Assembly (NCBI GenBank): GCA_028288925.1
Contig: JAQGHG010000012.1
Coordinates: 77,762-141,761 of the forward strand
Length of the DNA: 64,000 bases
Direction: 5' to 3'
From: Patescibacteria group bacterium
GTDB lineage: Bacteria; Patescibacteriota; Saccharimonadia; UBA4664
Below the pieces are notes generated by a model, which was not told where the DNA came from, did not search any database, and saw nothing but the letters and a program-made list of their open reading frames with translations. This document shows, piece by piece, positions 18,182 through 28,057 of this stretch. Position 1 is the first letter of the stretch. The number at the start of each line of letters is the position of its first letter. Made by a program: the position numbers and the translations under genes.

Positions 18182-20113
18182 ATGAAGTGCCCCAATTGTG
18201 GCAAGGACGGAATGGTACAGTCGCGCGCCGGCTGGTTGTGCCTGTCGTGCGGCCATCTCAAGCGTAACGAACCCACGAGCATTAACGCCCAGATAACCAC
18301 TGGCAAAGATGCGCACGCCCAAATGAGCGCTACTATCACCGGACACGATATTCACAAAGCCAAGGACGAGCCCGAAGAACCCAAACCTGAGCCCGAGGCG
18401 CCCCAGCCCGAAGCGGTCACGCCGCCTCCGCCCTCGGCCGCTCCGCCGTGGGTCGCCCCCACTGACGCTCCCGATTCCGATGCGCCCAAGGCTGACGAGG
18501 TCGCCGAGCCGGACCAGCCCGAAGAACCAGGTGTCGCGCCCGAGGTGCCCAAGGCCGAAGAACCGGAAGTCGCGCCCGAGGACGTCAAACCCGAAGCCGA
18601 GCCTGAGCCCGTTGAGGAGCCCGAAGCTAAGCCCGAATTCGCCGAACCGGCCGAATCTCCCGAAGAAGAGCCGGCCGAAGAAGAACCAGAATCAGTTCCC
18701 GAACCGCCCGTCGAACCCGAACCACCGGCACTCCCGGCCGCGCCTACCGAGCCGGAACCCGACGCGGTCGCCGAGCCGAAGCCGGACCCAGATGTTGAGC
18801 CGCCCAAGGATGAAGATGACCCCGCGCCCGTCAAAGACGAATCCAAGCCCACGCCGGAGAAACTTGTAGCGGAGACTGCTCCCGGTGTGCCGGCCCCAGC
18901 TACGCTCCCGCTCAACGGCAAGCCGCCGCTCAAGCCCGTCACCCATCCCCGGCCCGTAAAACCCGCTGCCGTTGCCAAGGTCATCGTGGGGCTAGTTGCC
19001 GTGGCAGTTATCGCCGGCGCCGGTTTCTTGTACCTCTACCAGCCCAAGGTGGCGCTGGCTGCCTACCTCAAGCGTCTTTCGGCCGCCAAGACCGGCGCCT
19101 TTGTGTCCACCTCCACGGGCCAGGCCGGTGGGTACCGCTTCGCATTGCAGGTGAGTGCCAAGGCTAGCCTGGCCGATCCGGCCAAACCCAAGGTCGCCCT
19201 CACCGCCAACGGCGCCCTCAACCCGCTCATCGGCGCCGCGGAGGCCGGAACGCTCTCGGCCAGTCTCACCGTGGTGGACGGCCAGGCGTACATTAAGGCC
19301 AAAAACACGCCCGATAAACTCTTCTCCGGCGTCACCTCCTCCGACCAGTGGCAGAAATATGACCCGGCCTCTTCCGGTCTGAGTCAGTGCCTAGGTTCCG
19401 GCAAAGGCCTGAGCTCGCTCATCGCTAACGCCGGCAACGCCCAGCTACCCGTGACGGCCGCCTCCTTTGCCGGCCTCGACACCGTAAACGGCACCCAGAC
19501 TCTGCATTACCGGGGAAGATTCGACCGCGCCAAACTCCAGACCTACCTGAATGCCGTCACCAAGGACCTGGCGCCGAGTTGCAAGATCGACGCCAGCCAC
19601 CTCACCGCCGCGTACGAAGTCTGGCAGGGTCTACATTCCGACCGTCTCAAGCTCACCCTCTCCGATACCGGCACGAACACCACCACCGAAGTTACGCTCG
19701 ACAGTAATTCCTACAATCAACCCGTCAACATCCAGGCCCCCTCAGTGTCCCAACCAGCTAGCGCCAGCCCGTCGCCCACGGCCGGCGCCACGCCCAAGCC
19801 CGCCTCCGCCGCAGCGCATGATACTCAGCGCAAAGCTGACCTTGCCGCCTACATAGCGGCCTATAAGGCAATCGCGGTCAATGGCTTCTATCCCATCTCG
19901 CCGCCCACCGTCAGCGTAAAAGCCAACGACCCCAGCACTGCCAAGCCCTATGTCGTAAGCCGGGTCAAACCCACTGCCCTCGGTCAAATCGAATATCGCC
20001 CCGGCGGCGCGTGCATCGGCGCCGGCATTACACCCGGTGCGACCGGTAGCCGCTACCTGGCCGTCTTTACCACCCTCGAGAACGGCCAGACCGCCTGCGC
20101 CGACAACCGCTAA
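18182..20113 (+). CDS. bitopic membrane protein with N-terminal zinc ribbon, Pro/Glu-rich linker and extracytoplasmic domain
   Basis: CPNCG...CLSCG zinc ribbon; long PEPE/EPEA low-complexity tract; TM VAKVIVGLVAVAVIAGAGFLYLY; 643 aa. Confidence 0.5.
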   Translation: MKCPNCGKDGMVQSRAGWLCLSCGHLKRNEPTSINAQITTGKDAHAQMSATITGHDIHKAKDEPEEPKPEPEAPQPEAVTPPPPSAAPPWVAPTDAPDSDAPKADEVAEPDQPEEPGVAPEVPKAEEPEVAPEDVKPEAEPEPVEEPEAKPEFAEPAESPEEEPAEEEPESVPEPPVEPEPPALPAAPTEPEPDAVAEPKPDPDVEPPKDEDDPAPVKDESKPTPEKLVAETAPGVPAPATLPLNGKPPLKPVTHPRPVKPAAVAKVIVGLVAVAVIAGAGFLYLYQPKVALAAYLKRLSAAKTGAFVSTSTGQAGGYRFALQVSAKASLADPAKPKVALTANGALNPLIGAAEAGTLSASLTVVDGQAYIKAKNTPDKLFSGVTSSDQWQKYDPASSGLSQCLGSGKGLSSLIANAGNAQLPVTAASFAGLDTVNGTQTLHYRGRFDRAKLQTYLNAVTKDLAPSCKIDASHLTAAYEVWQGLHSDRLKLTLSDTGTNTTTEVTLDSNSYNQPVNIQAPSVSQPASASPSPTAGATPKPASAAAHDTQRKADLAAYIAAYKAIAVNGFYPISPPTVSVKANDPSTAKPYVVSRVKPTALGQIEYRPGGACIGAGITPGATGSRYLAVFTTLENGQTACADNR

Positions 20114-20165
20114 CACCGCAAAAGTCAACCTAGTTCGGTCGCGTTCGGTGCGTTAAAATCAGATA

Positions 20166-23100
20166 GTGCATCCACTTCTAGCCGAACTCAATGAGCCCCA
20201 GCGCAAAGCCGCCGAAACCACCGATGGCCCCGTCTTAATATTGGCCGGCGCCGGCTCGGGCAAGACCAAGGCCCTCACGCACCGCATTGCCTACCTGGCC
20301 GCCGAGAAGCATGTCCGGCCGCAAAGCATCCTGGCCGTCACCTTCACCAACAAAGCCGCCGGCGAGATGCGCGCGCGCGTCCTCAAGCTGCTCAGCCTCG
20401 ACCCCAACAATCGTGGCTATTTTCCGTTTATCGGCACCTTTCACTCGATCTGTCTGCGGCTGTTGCGGCGCGAAGCCACCGAGATCGGCCTGGCCTCCAA
20501 CTTCCTCATCTTCGACGCCGCCGACACCCAATCCGCCATCAAGCGCGCCATGCGCCAAACCAACATCGACGACAAACAATTCACCCCCAACCTCATCCAC
20601 GGCCTCATCTCCAGCGCCAAAAACGAGCTGGTCGATGCCGCGGCCTACGCCAAATTCGCCACCGGCAAGGCCCAAGAAGCCGCCGCCAAAGTCTATCCCG
20701 TCTACCAAGCCACCCTCCAAGAAGCCGGCGCGCTCGACTTCGACGACCTCATCTTCCGCACCGTCAAAATGTTCAAAGACTATCCCGAAATTCTCAAAAA
20801 ATACCAAAATCAATTCCAATACATTATGGTCGACGAATACCAAGACACCAACCATGCCCAATATCAAATCACTAAGCTTCTGGCCCAAGGCCACCACAAC
20901 ATTTGCGTAGTAGGGGACGACTGGCAATGCCTGGTTCCAGGGACCTTGATCGAAACCCCCGCTGGCCCCAGGAAAATTGAGGCCATTACCAGGGGAGACC
21001 TCGTCACCTCGGCGAGCGGTTACGGCCGGTCCGGACAGTTTAAAGTCTTAGCTCAAAAAAAATTCCAATACCAAGGCGAGATAATCCACATTGAGACCGC
21101 TTCGGGCAAGGAGCTGGCATGCACGCCCAATCATCTGCTCTTCTCCCGGTGGAGCCAAACGGACGCCTATTTTGTCTATCTGATGTATTCGCAAGACAAG
21201 GGCTATCGCATTGGTGTCGCTAAAGGCACAAGATTTGATGGCAAAAAGCACGACACCGGCCTAAGGATACGTGCCAACCAGGAACGCGCCGACCGAATGT
21301 GGGTGATCAAAGTTTGCGTCAACCGGGCAGAAGCCATGTACAACGAAGCTCTCTTCGCGTACAAGTATGGAATTCCCATGTTAGTCTTCCGTGCCTTTAG
21401 CAACCGGGCCATGAAATTTGATCAAAAGTACATTGACGCCATCTATGAGGAGATCGACACCGAAACCAGAGCCAAACAGCTAATGACAAGGCTTGGGTTA
21501 GCCTTCGACTATCCGCACTTTGTACCCAGCGCCACCACCAGAAATGACATAAAGCGAGTAGTTGTAAACGTGGTTCTTTTTGGTGATAAGCGCATTACGC
21601 GACAAAGCCCGTGGTCAGCCAGTAGAATTTCCGCCAACACTACCGTCCGCCACGATATTGAAGTGTTTGAGAAGCTTGGACACACGGTAAGAATCGGTCG
21701 GTCGGGCACGTTCCGGGCCGAGATTCACAACCTCGACTATGGTCAAATCGAGCAGACACTTGAGCAGCTAAAGGAAGGTGCGGCCAACCAGCTACAAATC
21801 CACAAATACGCGTTTCTAACCGATAACAAATTCTCGTACATGCCAGCCAGCCAAATACATCTCGGCATGATGGTCCCCACAATCCAGGACGGTGTTATAA
21901 CGGAAGACCGGATAGTCGCGGTCAGTCGGAGCCATTACTCAGGGCCGGTATACGACCTAGATATTGATAAAGTTCATAATTACATCGCCTCAGAGCTGGT
22001 TGTGCATAACTCCATATATTCTTGGCGCGGCGCCAATTTCCAAAACATTCTCGACTTCGAAAAAGACTATCCCGACACCGAAGTCATCAAGCTTGAGCAA
22101 AATTATCGCTCCACCAAGCGCATTCTCGATGCTGCCCACGCTATTATCACCAAAAACCGCACCCGCAGCGACAAAAAACTCTGGACCGACCGCGGCGACG
22201 GCGCCGGCATCAGCATCGTCAACGTCTACAACGAAATCCAGGAAGCCGAGACCATCGTGCGCAAAATCCAAGAGCTCAAACTCGCCGAAACGCGCGAGCT
22301 CTACGACTTCGCCATCCTCTACCGCACCAACGCCCAATCCCGCTCGCTCGAAGAAGCCTTCCTGCGTGCCAACCTGCCCTACAAAATCGTCGGCGGCACG
22401 CGCTTCTATGAGCGCAAAGAAATCAAAGACGCCCTGGCCTACCTGCGCTTCGTCTACCAGCCCGACGACATGGTGAGCTTCGGCCGCATCATCAACCTCC
22501 CGCCACGCGGCCTCGGCGACGTCAGCCTCCAACGCCTCGAGTCCTGGCGCCGCACCCAGACCATCAGGGCAAATAACGGGGAGGAGCGCAGCGGGGTAGA
22601 GGCGCAGGGTGGCTCATCTGTGCCAGCCAGTGTAGGTTCAGATACCGGCTCCACCGAAGAGACGGATGGCGTTCGCTGGCCAGCAGATGAGCCACCCGAA
22701 GCCCAAGCGAATAAGCTGCGCCCCATGTCCCTCCTCGAGGCCTGCCGCCAAGCCGACCGCGCCCCCGGCCTCCAGGCCCGCGCCGTCAACGCCCTCCAAA
22801 CCTTTGCCCTGCTCATCGACGGCCTGCGCCAAGAGGCCAAAACCCTCGCCGTCGGCCCACTGCTGAGCCTCATCATCAAGCGCTCCGGCTACCTCGCCCA
22901 CCTCGACGATGGCTCCATCCAGGCCGCCGACCGCATCGAAAACGTCAAAGAGCTCCTCTCTGTCGCCGAGGCCTACAACGAACTCCCGCTCCAAGGCTTC
23001 CTGGAAGAAATCGCCCTCATCTCCGACATCGACAACTATTCCGAGTCCACCGACGCCGTCACCCTCATGACCCTCCACGCCGCCAAAGGCCTCGAGTTTC

Positions 23101-23621
23101 CCGTGGTCTTCATCCCCGGCGCCGAAGAGGGCATCTTCCCGCATTCCCGCGCACTCTTCGACGGCGAGCAGATGGAAGAAGAGCGCCGCCTTTGCTACGT
23201 CGGCATGACCCGGGCCAAAGAACGCCTCTATATGCTCTATGCCAACTCGCGCCTGCTCTACGGCTCCACCAACCACAACCCACCCTCACGCTTCCTCCTG
23301 GAAATCCCTGCCGAGCTTCAGGCCGATGACAACGAATGGAGCGCCGCTTCCCGTACCGCCGCGGCCGGCCACGGCGCCGGCGCCGCCAGCTGGTCGCCCA
23401 CAGCCATGCGCGCCACCGGCCCCACCACTGAAGCCTCCGCCGCCGCCCACCGCGAAGCCATGCTCGGCCTCAGTCTGGCCCCCGGCGACCGCATCCACCA
23501 CGCCAAATTCGGCGACGGCATCGTCAGCTCCATCTCCGGCGACGAAGTCACCGCCGCCTTCGAAGGCATCGGCTCCAAACGCCTCAGCCTCAGTTTCGCC
23601 CCGATCGAAAAGGTGGAATAA
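20166..23621 (+). CDS. uvrD: ATP-dependent DNA helicase UvrD/PcrA carrying an intein in helicase motif III
   Basis: Walker A AGAGSGKT; DEYQDTN; VVGDDWQ / SIYSWRGAN split by the intein; C-terminal VGMTRAKE and Tudor-like tail; 1151 aa against roughly 740 aa expected. Confidence 0.9.
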   Translation: MHPLLAELNEPQRKAAETTDGPVLILAGAGSGKTKALTHRIAYLAAEKHVRPQSILAVTFTNKAAGEMRARVLKLLSLDPNNRGYFPFIGTFHSICLRLLRREATEIGLASNFLIFDAADTQSAIKRAMRQTNIDDKQFTPNLIHGLISSAKNELVDAAAYAKFATGKAQEAAAKVYPVYQATLQEAGALDFDDLIFRTVKMFKDYPEILKKYQNQFQYIMVDEYQDTNHAQYQITKLLAQGHHNICVVGDDWQCLVPGTLIETPAGPRKIEAITRGDLVTSASGYGRSGQFKVLAQKKFQYQGEIIHIETASGKELACTPNHLLFSRWSQTDAYFVYLMYSQDKGYRIGVAKGTRFDGKKHDTGLRIRANQERADRMWVIKVCVNRAEAMYNEALFAYKYGIPMLVFRAFSNRAMKFDQKYIDAIYEEIDTETRAKQLMTRLGLAFDYPHFVPSATTRNDIKRVVVNVVLFGDKRITRQSPWSASRISANTTVRHDIEVFEKLGHTVRIGRSGTFRAEIHNLDYGQIEQTLEQLKEGAANQLQIHKYAFLTDNKFSYMPASQIHLGMMVPTIQDGVITEDRIVAVSRSHYSGPVYDLDIDKVHNYIASELVVHNSIYSWRGANFQNILDFEKDYPDTEVIKLEQNYRSTKRILDAAHAIITKNRTRSDKKLWTDRGDGAGISIVNVYNEIQEAETIVRKIQELKLAETRELYDFAILYRTNAQSRSLEEAFLRANLPYKIVGGTRFYERKEIKDALAYLRFVYQPDDMVSFGRIINLPPRGLGDVSLQRLESWRRTQTIRANNGEERSGVEAQGGSSVPASVGSDTGSTEETDGVRWPADEPPEAQANKLRPMSLLEACRQADRAPGLQARAVNALQTFALLIDGLRQEAKTLAVGPLLSLIIKRSGYLAHLDDGSIQAADRIENVKELLSVAEAYNELPLQGFLEEIALISDIDNYSESTDAVTLMTLHAAKGLEFPVVFIPGAEEGIFPHSRALFDGEQMEEERRLCYVGMTRAKERLYMLYANSRLLYGSTNHNPPSRFLLEIPAELQADDNEWSAASRTAAAGHGAGAASWSPTAMRATGPTTEASAAAHREAMLGLSLAPGDRIHHAKFGDGIVSSISGDEVTAAFEGIGSKRLSLSFAPIEKVE
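20928..22010 (+). other. intein (361 aa) inside uvrD
   Basis: starts CLVPGTLIETPAG (block A); TPNH (block B); ends VYDLDIDKVHNYIA...VVHN followed by +1 Ser (blocks F/G); the flanks rejoin to GDDWQSIYSWRGA. Confidence 0.8.
22607..22697. repeat. palindromic repeat element, copy B, in-frame inside uvrD: 14-bp outer inverted repeat GGGTGGCTCATCTG / CAGATGAGCCACCC
   Basis: shares the conserved core with copy A; encodes roughly GGSSVPASVGSDTGSTEETDGVRWPADEPP within a non-conserved UvrD loop. Confidence 0.65.
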
Positions 23622-23627
23622 TAAACC

Positions 23628-24054
23628 CATGACACTCCCACCTATCACCCCCTCCCACGAACCCTACCAAAGCCTCATCGACTCGGCCGAAACCTGGCAC
23701 AAGCAAGGCCATTACAAAGAAGCCGTCATCCTCGCCCAGACCGGCCTCGAGCTCTTCACCGAAAAAACCCTCGGCCATCTCTACCAAACCCGCCAGCTCG
23801 AATACCTCAAACCCGAATTCGAGCATTTACTCATCAATTACAATATCGGCAACAGCAAAGTCTCCGGGCTCTACATCGCGCTCTCCGGCGACGAAATCAA
23901 GCAAGCGCCCTTCTGGGCAGCTCTCACCGATCACGTCGAACTCCGCAACAAACTCGTCCACGACGGCCAAGACGCCACCGCCGAGCAATCCCGCAACTCC
24001 CTCGACGCCGTCAAAGCCCTCATTTCGCATGTCCAAGAGCATAATTCCCTATGA
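23628..24054 (+). CDS. hypothetical alpha-helical protein with an Rx4H (HEPN-like) motif
   Basis: 142 aa; ELRNKLVHDG near the C-terminus; the ORF track draws it from 23239, overlapping uvrD, so ATG 23628 was chosen. Confidence 0.35.
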
Positions 24055-24089
24055 GCGGATTGCACCGGGTAATGCTATAATCACAACCA

Positions 24090-24812
24090 ATGCAACCACC
24101 CAAGCGCCAACCCCGCGTACTCCTCAAACTCTCCGGCGAGCAATTCGCCGGCGACCGCGAATACGGCGTAGATCCTGAATTCGTCAACCGGCTAGCCCAA
24201 GAGCTGGCCGAAACTATTGAGGCCACCGGCGTTCAGCTCACCATCGTGGTAGGCGGCGGCAACATCATGCGCGGCGCCAGCGTGGCCAAGAGCGGCATCG
24301 AGCGCGCCACCGGCGACTACATGGGCATGCTTGCCACGGTCATCAACGGCATAGCCCTGGTCGACATTCTGGAGCAAAACGGCGTCTCCGCCCGCGCTCA
24401 AACCCGTCTGCGCGTCGACAGCGTCGCTGAGCCGTATATCCGCCGCCGCGCCATCCGGCACCTCGAAAAGGGGAGAGTCGTGGTGATAGCCGGCGGCACC
24501 GGCAACCCCTACGTCACCAGCGACACCGCCGCTGTCTCCGCCGGTCTCGAGCTCGAGTGCGACATGGTTCTCAAGGCCACCAAGGTCGACGGCGTCTACG
24601 ACAAAGACCCTCACAAACATCCGGAAGCCAAAAAGTTCTCTACGCTCTCTTTCAATCAGGTTCTCACCGATCCGCACATTAAGGTCATGGATAACGCCGC
24701 CATCTCTCTGGCCATGGACAACCACCTGCCCATCGTGGTCTTCGACCTCCTCACCCACGGCAACATCCGCCGCGTCATTAAGGGCGAAGCCGTCGGCACC
24801 AAGGTCGAATAG
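24090..24812 (+). CDS. pyrH: UMP kinase
   Basis: VLLKLSGE, GGGNIMRG, TGNPYVTSDTAA motifs. Confidence 0.92.
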   Translation: MQPPKRQPRVLLKLSGEQFAGDREYGVDPEFVNRLAQELAETIEATGVQLTIVVGGGNIMRGASVAKSGIERATGDYMGMLATVINGIALVDILEQNGVSARAQTRLRVDSVAEPYIRRRAIRHLEKGRVVVIAGGTGNPYVTSDTAAVSAGLELECDMVLKATKVDGVYDKDPHKHPEAKKFSTLSFNQVLTDPHIKVMDNAAISLAMDNHLPIVVFDLLTHGNIRRVIKGEAVGTKVE

Positions 24813-24903
24813 CCCCGTCCGCCTAAGGGCAGGTATGGGAATTATTCCCATACTGCCCCCGACGGGGGTTGAGCCCCCGATATCCTGATATATAATTGCT
24901 CGT

Positions 24904-25422
24904 ATGACATACGACCCTCAAAGCTCTCCCGCGATAAAAGCCCTCATAGCTGTCTGGCAGCCGTTCACTGAAAAGCTCGAAGATTGGCAATCACTGGTCA
25001 AAACTACGGAACCCAAAGAGACCTATTGCGGCCCCGTCTACGAGCCTGCTAGCCCCCTCGACCGGCCCAATGAGAGCTTCGCCATCGCCGACATGCGCCA
25101 GGTCAAAGTCGCCGAACCGCACTACCACGCCAACGGCGAAACCGAAATTTACTTTGTGATCTCCGGAACCGGCCTCACCGTCGTCGGCGGCGAGGAGATC
25201 CCGCTCTCCAAGGGTACGATTGTAGCCACCCCACCCGGAACGGCCCACTTTACCATTCCAAGAGAAAACCTGGTGATGGTGGTCATTAACACCCCACCTT
25301 TTAACCCCGAAAACAACATCCACTTGCCGGCCTCCAATCCTATGGTAAAGTTTGACCATGAACAGTTCGCCCGGCTGTGCATAACTGAACAAGAAAAGTA
25401 TTCAAAACCTGCTCAAATTTGA
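24904..25422 (+). CDS. cupin-domain protein
   Basis: HYHANGETEIYFVISG...GTAHF two-motif cupin signature. Confidence 0.65.
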   Translation: MTYDPQSSPAIKALIAVWQPFTEKLEDWQSLVKTTEPKETYCGPVYEPASPLDRPNESFAIADMRQVKVAEPHYHANGETEIYFVISGTGLTVVGGEEIPLSKGTIVATPPGTAHFTIPRENLVMVVINTPPFNPENNIHLPASNPMVKFDHEQFARLCITEQEKYSKPAQI

Positions 25423-25546
25423 CGCCCACCCAGATGGTGCGATACCATAAGCAAGATCACAGTAAATTCCTGAATTCGAACTTAAAAAAACACCAAAACA
25501 CCCAAAATAAAACGTCCCCTTCGTAATAACGAGAGAGACAACTATT

Positions 25547-26767
25547 TTGCGTAACGCCAACGATTCCCTTACCGCCGCGCTCGACCTGCTCAAGAGGCTG
25601 AAGACCCAGCCGCGCAACCTGGTGGCGATCGGAATCCTCATCACGATAGTTTCATTTGGATTTTCATCCGGCCGGCTACCCGTTTCGCCCGCCGCCAACG
25701 CCGACTCCCAGCGCATGGTGTCGCTGTACGTGGATGGCCAAAAGCGCCTCTTTGCCACCGACGGCACCTCCGTGGGCGATATATTGTCGCGCGCCGGCGT
25801 CAAGCTCACCGCCACCGATCTGGTCGAACCTGGCCTCAAGACCGCCGTTCCCAAAGGCCAGTTCAACATCAACGTCTACCGTGCCCGGCCTGTCCTGGTC
25901 GGCGACGGCGCCCGGACCTACCATCTCAGCAGCGCCTATCAGAGCCCCCGTTTGCTTGCTAAGGCGGCCGGTATCACGGTATACCCCGAAGACACTTACC
26001 GCACCGAAGTCATCACGAACGTGGTCGAAAACGGTGCTATCGGCGAGAAAATCAACATTACCCGGGCCAAGCCTTTCGTAGTCACGGTTGACGGTCACAC
26101 CCGTACGCTGCGCACCCAAGCCAAGACTATTGGCGACGCCCTCAAGAGCGCCAATATCGCTCTGGGCCTCAAAGACACCGTCTCGCAGCCGCTGGCCGCT
26201 CCGGTTTTGCCCGGCGCCAGCCTCTCGATCACTCGCGTCACCGAGGCCTTGGCGACGCTCACCGAGACGATTCCCCGGCCCGTCAAGGTCATCCAGGATC
26301 CGGCCATGCTCAAGGGCCAGACCAACGTTAAAACCGAAGGCGCCGACGGCCAAAAAACCATTACGTACCGCATCCATTACCAAAACGGCATAGAGACCGG
26401 CCGCGAGCAGATTCAGCTCGTCAGCCAGAGCGCTCCTGCAGCCCGCGTCGTGACCGAAGGCACCAAGGTGCTCTTCTCGGGCTCGGTCGAATACTGGCGC
26501 CCCCAGGTCGAAGCCGCCGCTGCCGCCTGGAACTTTGACCCCAACACCATGCTGCGCATCATGGCCTGCGAATCCCGCGGCAATGCCCTAAGCATTAGCC
26601 ATTTTGTAATCAACGGCGAGCATCCCACCGGCCTCTTCCAGTATCTGCCGTCTACTTGGCGGTCATCCGGTGGCACCGATGACAATATTCTCGACGGCGC
26701 CATGCAAATCCAGCTCACCGCCAAAAAGATGGCTACCCAAGGCACCAAAGCTTGGCAATGTAAGTAG
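25547..26767 (+). CDS. RpfB-like protein: TM anchor, DUF348 repeats, G5 domain and C-terminal lysozyme-like transglycosylase domain
   Basis: TTG start; DUF348-like VSLYVDGQKRLFATDGTSVGDIL; catalytic-Glu context ACESRGN in the C-terminal domain. Confidence 0.7.
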   Translation: MRNANDSLTAALDLLKRLKTQPRNLVAIGILITIVSFGFSSGRLPVSPAANADSQRMVSLYVDGQKRLFATDGTSVGDILSRAGVKLTATDLVEPGLKTAVPKGQFNINVYRARPVLVGDGARTYHLSSAYQSPRLLAKAAGITVYPEDTYRTEVITNVVENGAIGEKINITRAKPFVVTVDGHTRTLRTQAKTIGDALKSANIALGLKDTVSQPLAAPVLPGASLSITRVTEALATLTETIPRPVKVIQDPAMLKGQTNVKTEGADGQKTITYRIHYQNGIETGREQIQLVSQSAPAARVVTEGTKVLFSGSVEYWRPQVEAAAAAWNFDPNTMLRIMACESRGNALSISHFVINGEHPTGLFQYLPSTWRSSGGTDDNILDGAMQIQLTAKKMATQGTKAWQCK

Positions 26768-26816
26768 GTTACGGGTCGTAGTTATCCCTGAGAAGGCCAA
26801 GTAGTATACTGGGTCC

Positions 26817-27986
26817 GTGAATATATTAGACCTCTTCATTATTGTGCTCGTAATAGCCGTCATGGCCCGCGGCATCGCCTCCGGTTTCCTCCGGCAGGTG
26901 GGGTCGCTCGGGGGCTTCGTGGCCGGACTTATGCTCGGCGCCGTCATCGCGCCGTGGGTAGCCGGCGCTATGCCTAGTGGCAGCAATCGCGCGCTGGTAG
27001 CGGTGCTGGTGTTCTTCGGGGTGGCGCTCACGGTGGGCGGCCTGGGTGAAGCCCTCGGACACGCGCTTTCGGGGCTGGCCGAACGCTACCGGCTGCGGGT
27101 ACTCGACACGGCGCTCGGCGCCATCTTCGGCGTCGGCATTACGCTGCTGGCGGTATGGCTGCTGGCCGCTACGTTTGCGCGCTCCGCCGGGCCGGCCCTG
27201 GCCGCCCAGATCCAATCCTCGCGCGTGCTTCAGGTGCTCGACCGCTCGCTGCCGCCCGCCCCTGATGTGCTCGCACGGCTGGAGCGGACACTGGGCGTCA
27301 ATGGCCTCCCACGGGTCTTCGCCGGCCTCGAGCCAGCCCCTGCCGCACCGGTTGCCGGGCCGGACGCGCCGGCGGTTAATGCGGTCACCGCTGCCGGCCG
27401 GGCCGCCACCGTCAAAATCCTCGGCGAAGGCTGGGGCGGCGAGGTCGAAGGCTCCGGCTTCGTAGCCGGCCCCGGGCTCGTCGCCACCAATGCCCATGTG
27501 GTGGCTGGCATCGATAGCCCCACGGTCGAAGACGCCGCCGGCTCGCATCGCGCGCAAGTGGTGCTGTTCGATCCCGATCTGGACTTCGCCGTCCTGCGTA
27601 CCGTCGGCCTGGCCGCCGCGCCACTGCCCCTCGACCCCAATATCGAGCCACGCGGCACCGTCGGCGCGGCCCTAGGCTACCCAGGCGGCGGCGATTTCAC
27701 AGCCTCACCGGCCGCCATTCTGGACCGCATCACCGCCACCGGCCGCAACATCTACGACGCCGGCCTCGTCCGCCGCGACATCTACGAACTCCAAGCCCTC
27801 GTCCGCCCCGGCAACTCCGGCGGCCCGCTCGTCGCCCCCGACGGCAGCGTCATCGGCGTAATCTTCGCCACCTCCACCGTCAACGGCAACCTCGGCTACG
27901 CCCTCACCTCCGCCGAAGTACTCCCTGACTTCCGCGAGGCTGCCACCTCCGGCTCTGTCTCCGGCGGGACCTGTATCGCTGAGTAG
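26817..27986 (+). CDS. CvpA-family membrane domain fused to trypsin-like (S1) serine protease, MarP-like
   Basis: 4 N-terminal TM helices; TNAHVV (His), D...AVL (Asp), GNSGGPLV (Ser) triad motifs. Confidence 0.75.
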   Translation: MNILDLFIIVLVIAVMARGIASGFLRQVGSLGGFVAGLMLGAVIAPWVAGAMPSGSNRALVAVLVFFGVALTVGGLGEALGHALSGLAERYRLRVLDTALGAIFGVGITLLAVWLLAATFARSAGPALAAQIQSSRVLQVLDRSLPPAPDVLARLERTLGVNGLPRVFAGLEPAPAAPVAGPDAPAVNAVTAAGRAATVKILGEGWGGEVEGSGFVAGPGLVATNAHVVAGIDSPTVEDAAGSHRAQVVLFDPDLDFAVLRTVGLAAAPLPLDPNIEPRGTVGAALGYPGGGDFTASPAAILDRITATGRNIYDAGLVRRDIYELQALVRPGNSGGPLVAPDGSVIGVIFATSTVNGNLGYALTSAEVLPDFREAATSGSVSGGTCIAE

Positions 27987-28057
27987 TAATTTGCATAAAC
28001 AACAACAATGTGTCATCATAGATAAACCTGTCGACCCGAGAGAGACCAGGAGCATCA

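Noticed and set aside
23239-23627. 5' extension of ORF 23239-24054 overlapping the uvrD 3' end
   Set aside because: The Pro/Ala-rich translation is a GC-shadow of uvrD. The downstream ATG at 23628 follows the uvrD stop directly.
24813-24895. Palindromes after pyrH (GGGCAGGTATGGGAAT/ATTCCCATACTGCCC and CGACGGGGG/CCCCCGA)
   Set aside because: They are consistent with ordinary intrinsic terminator hairpins at an operon end. There is no repetition elsewhere in the window.
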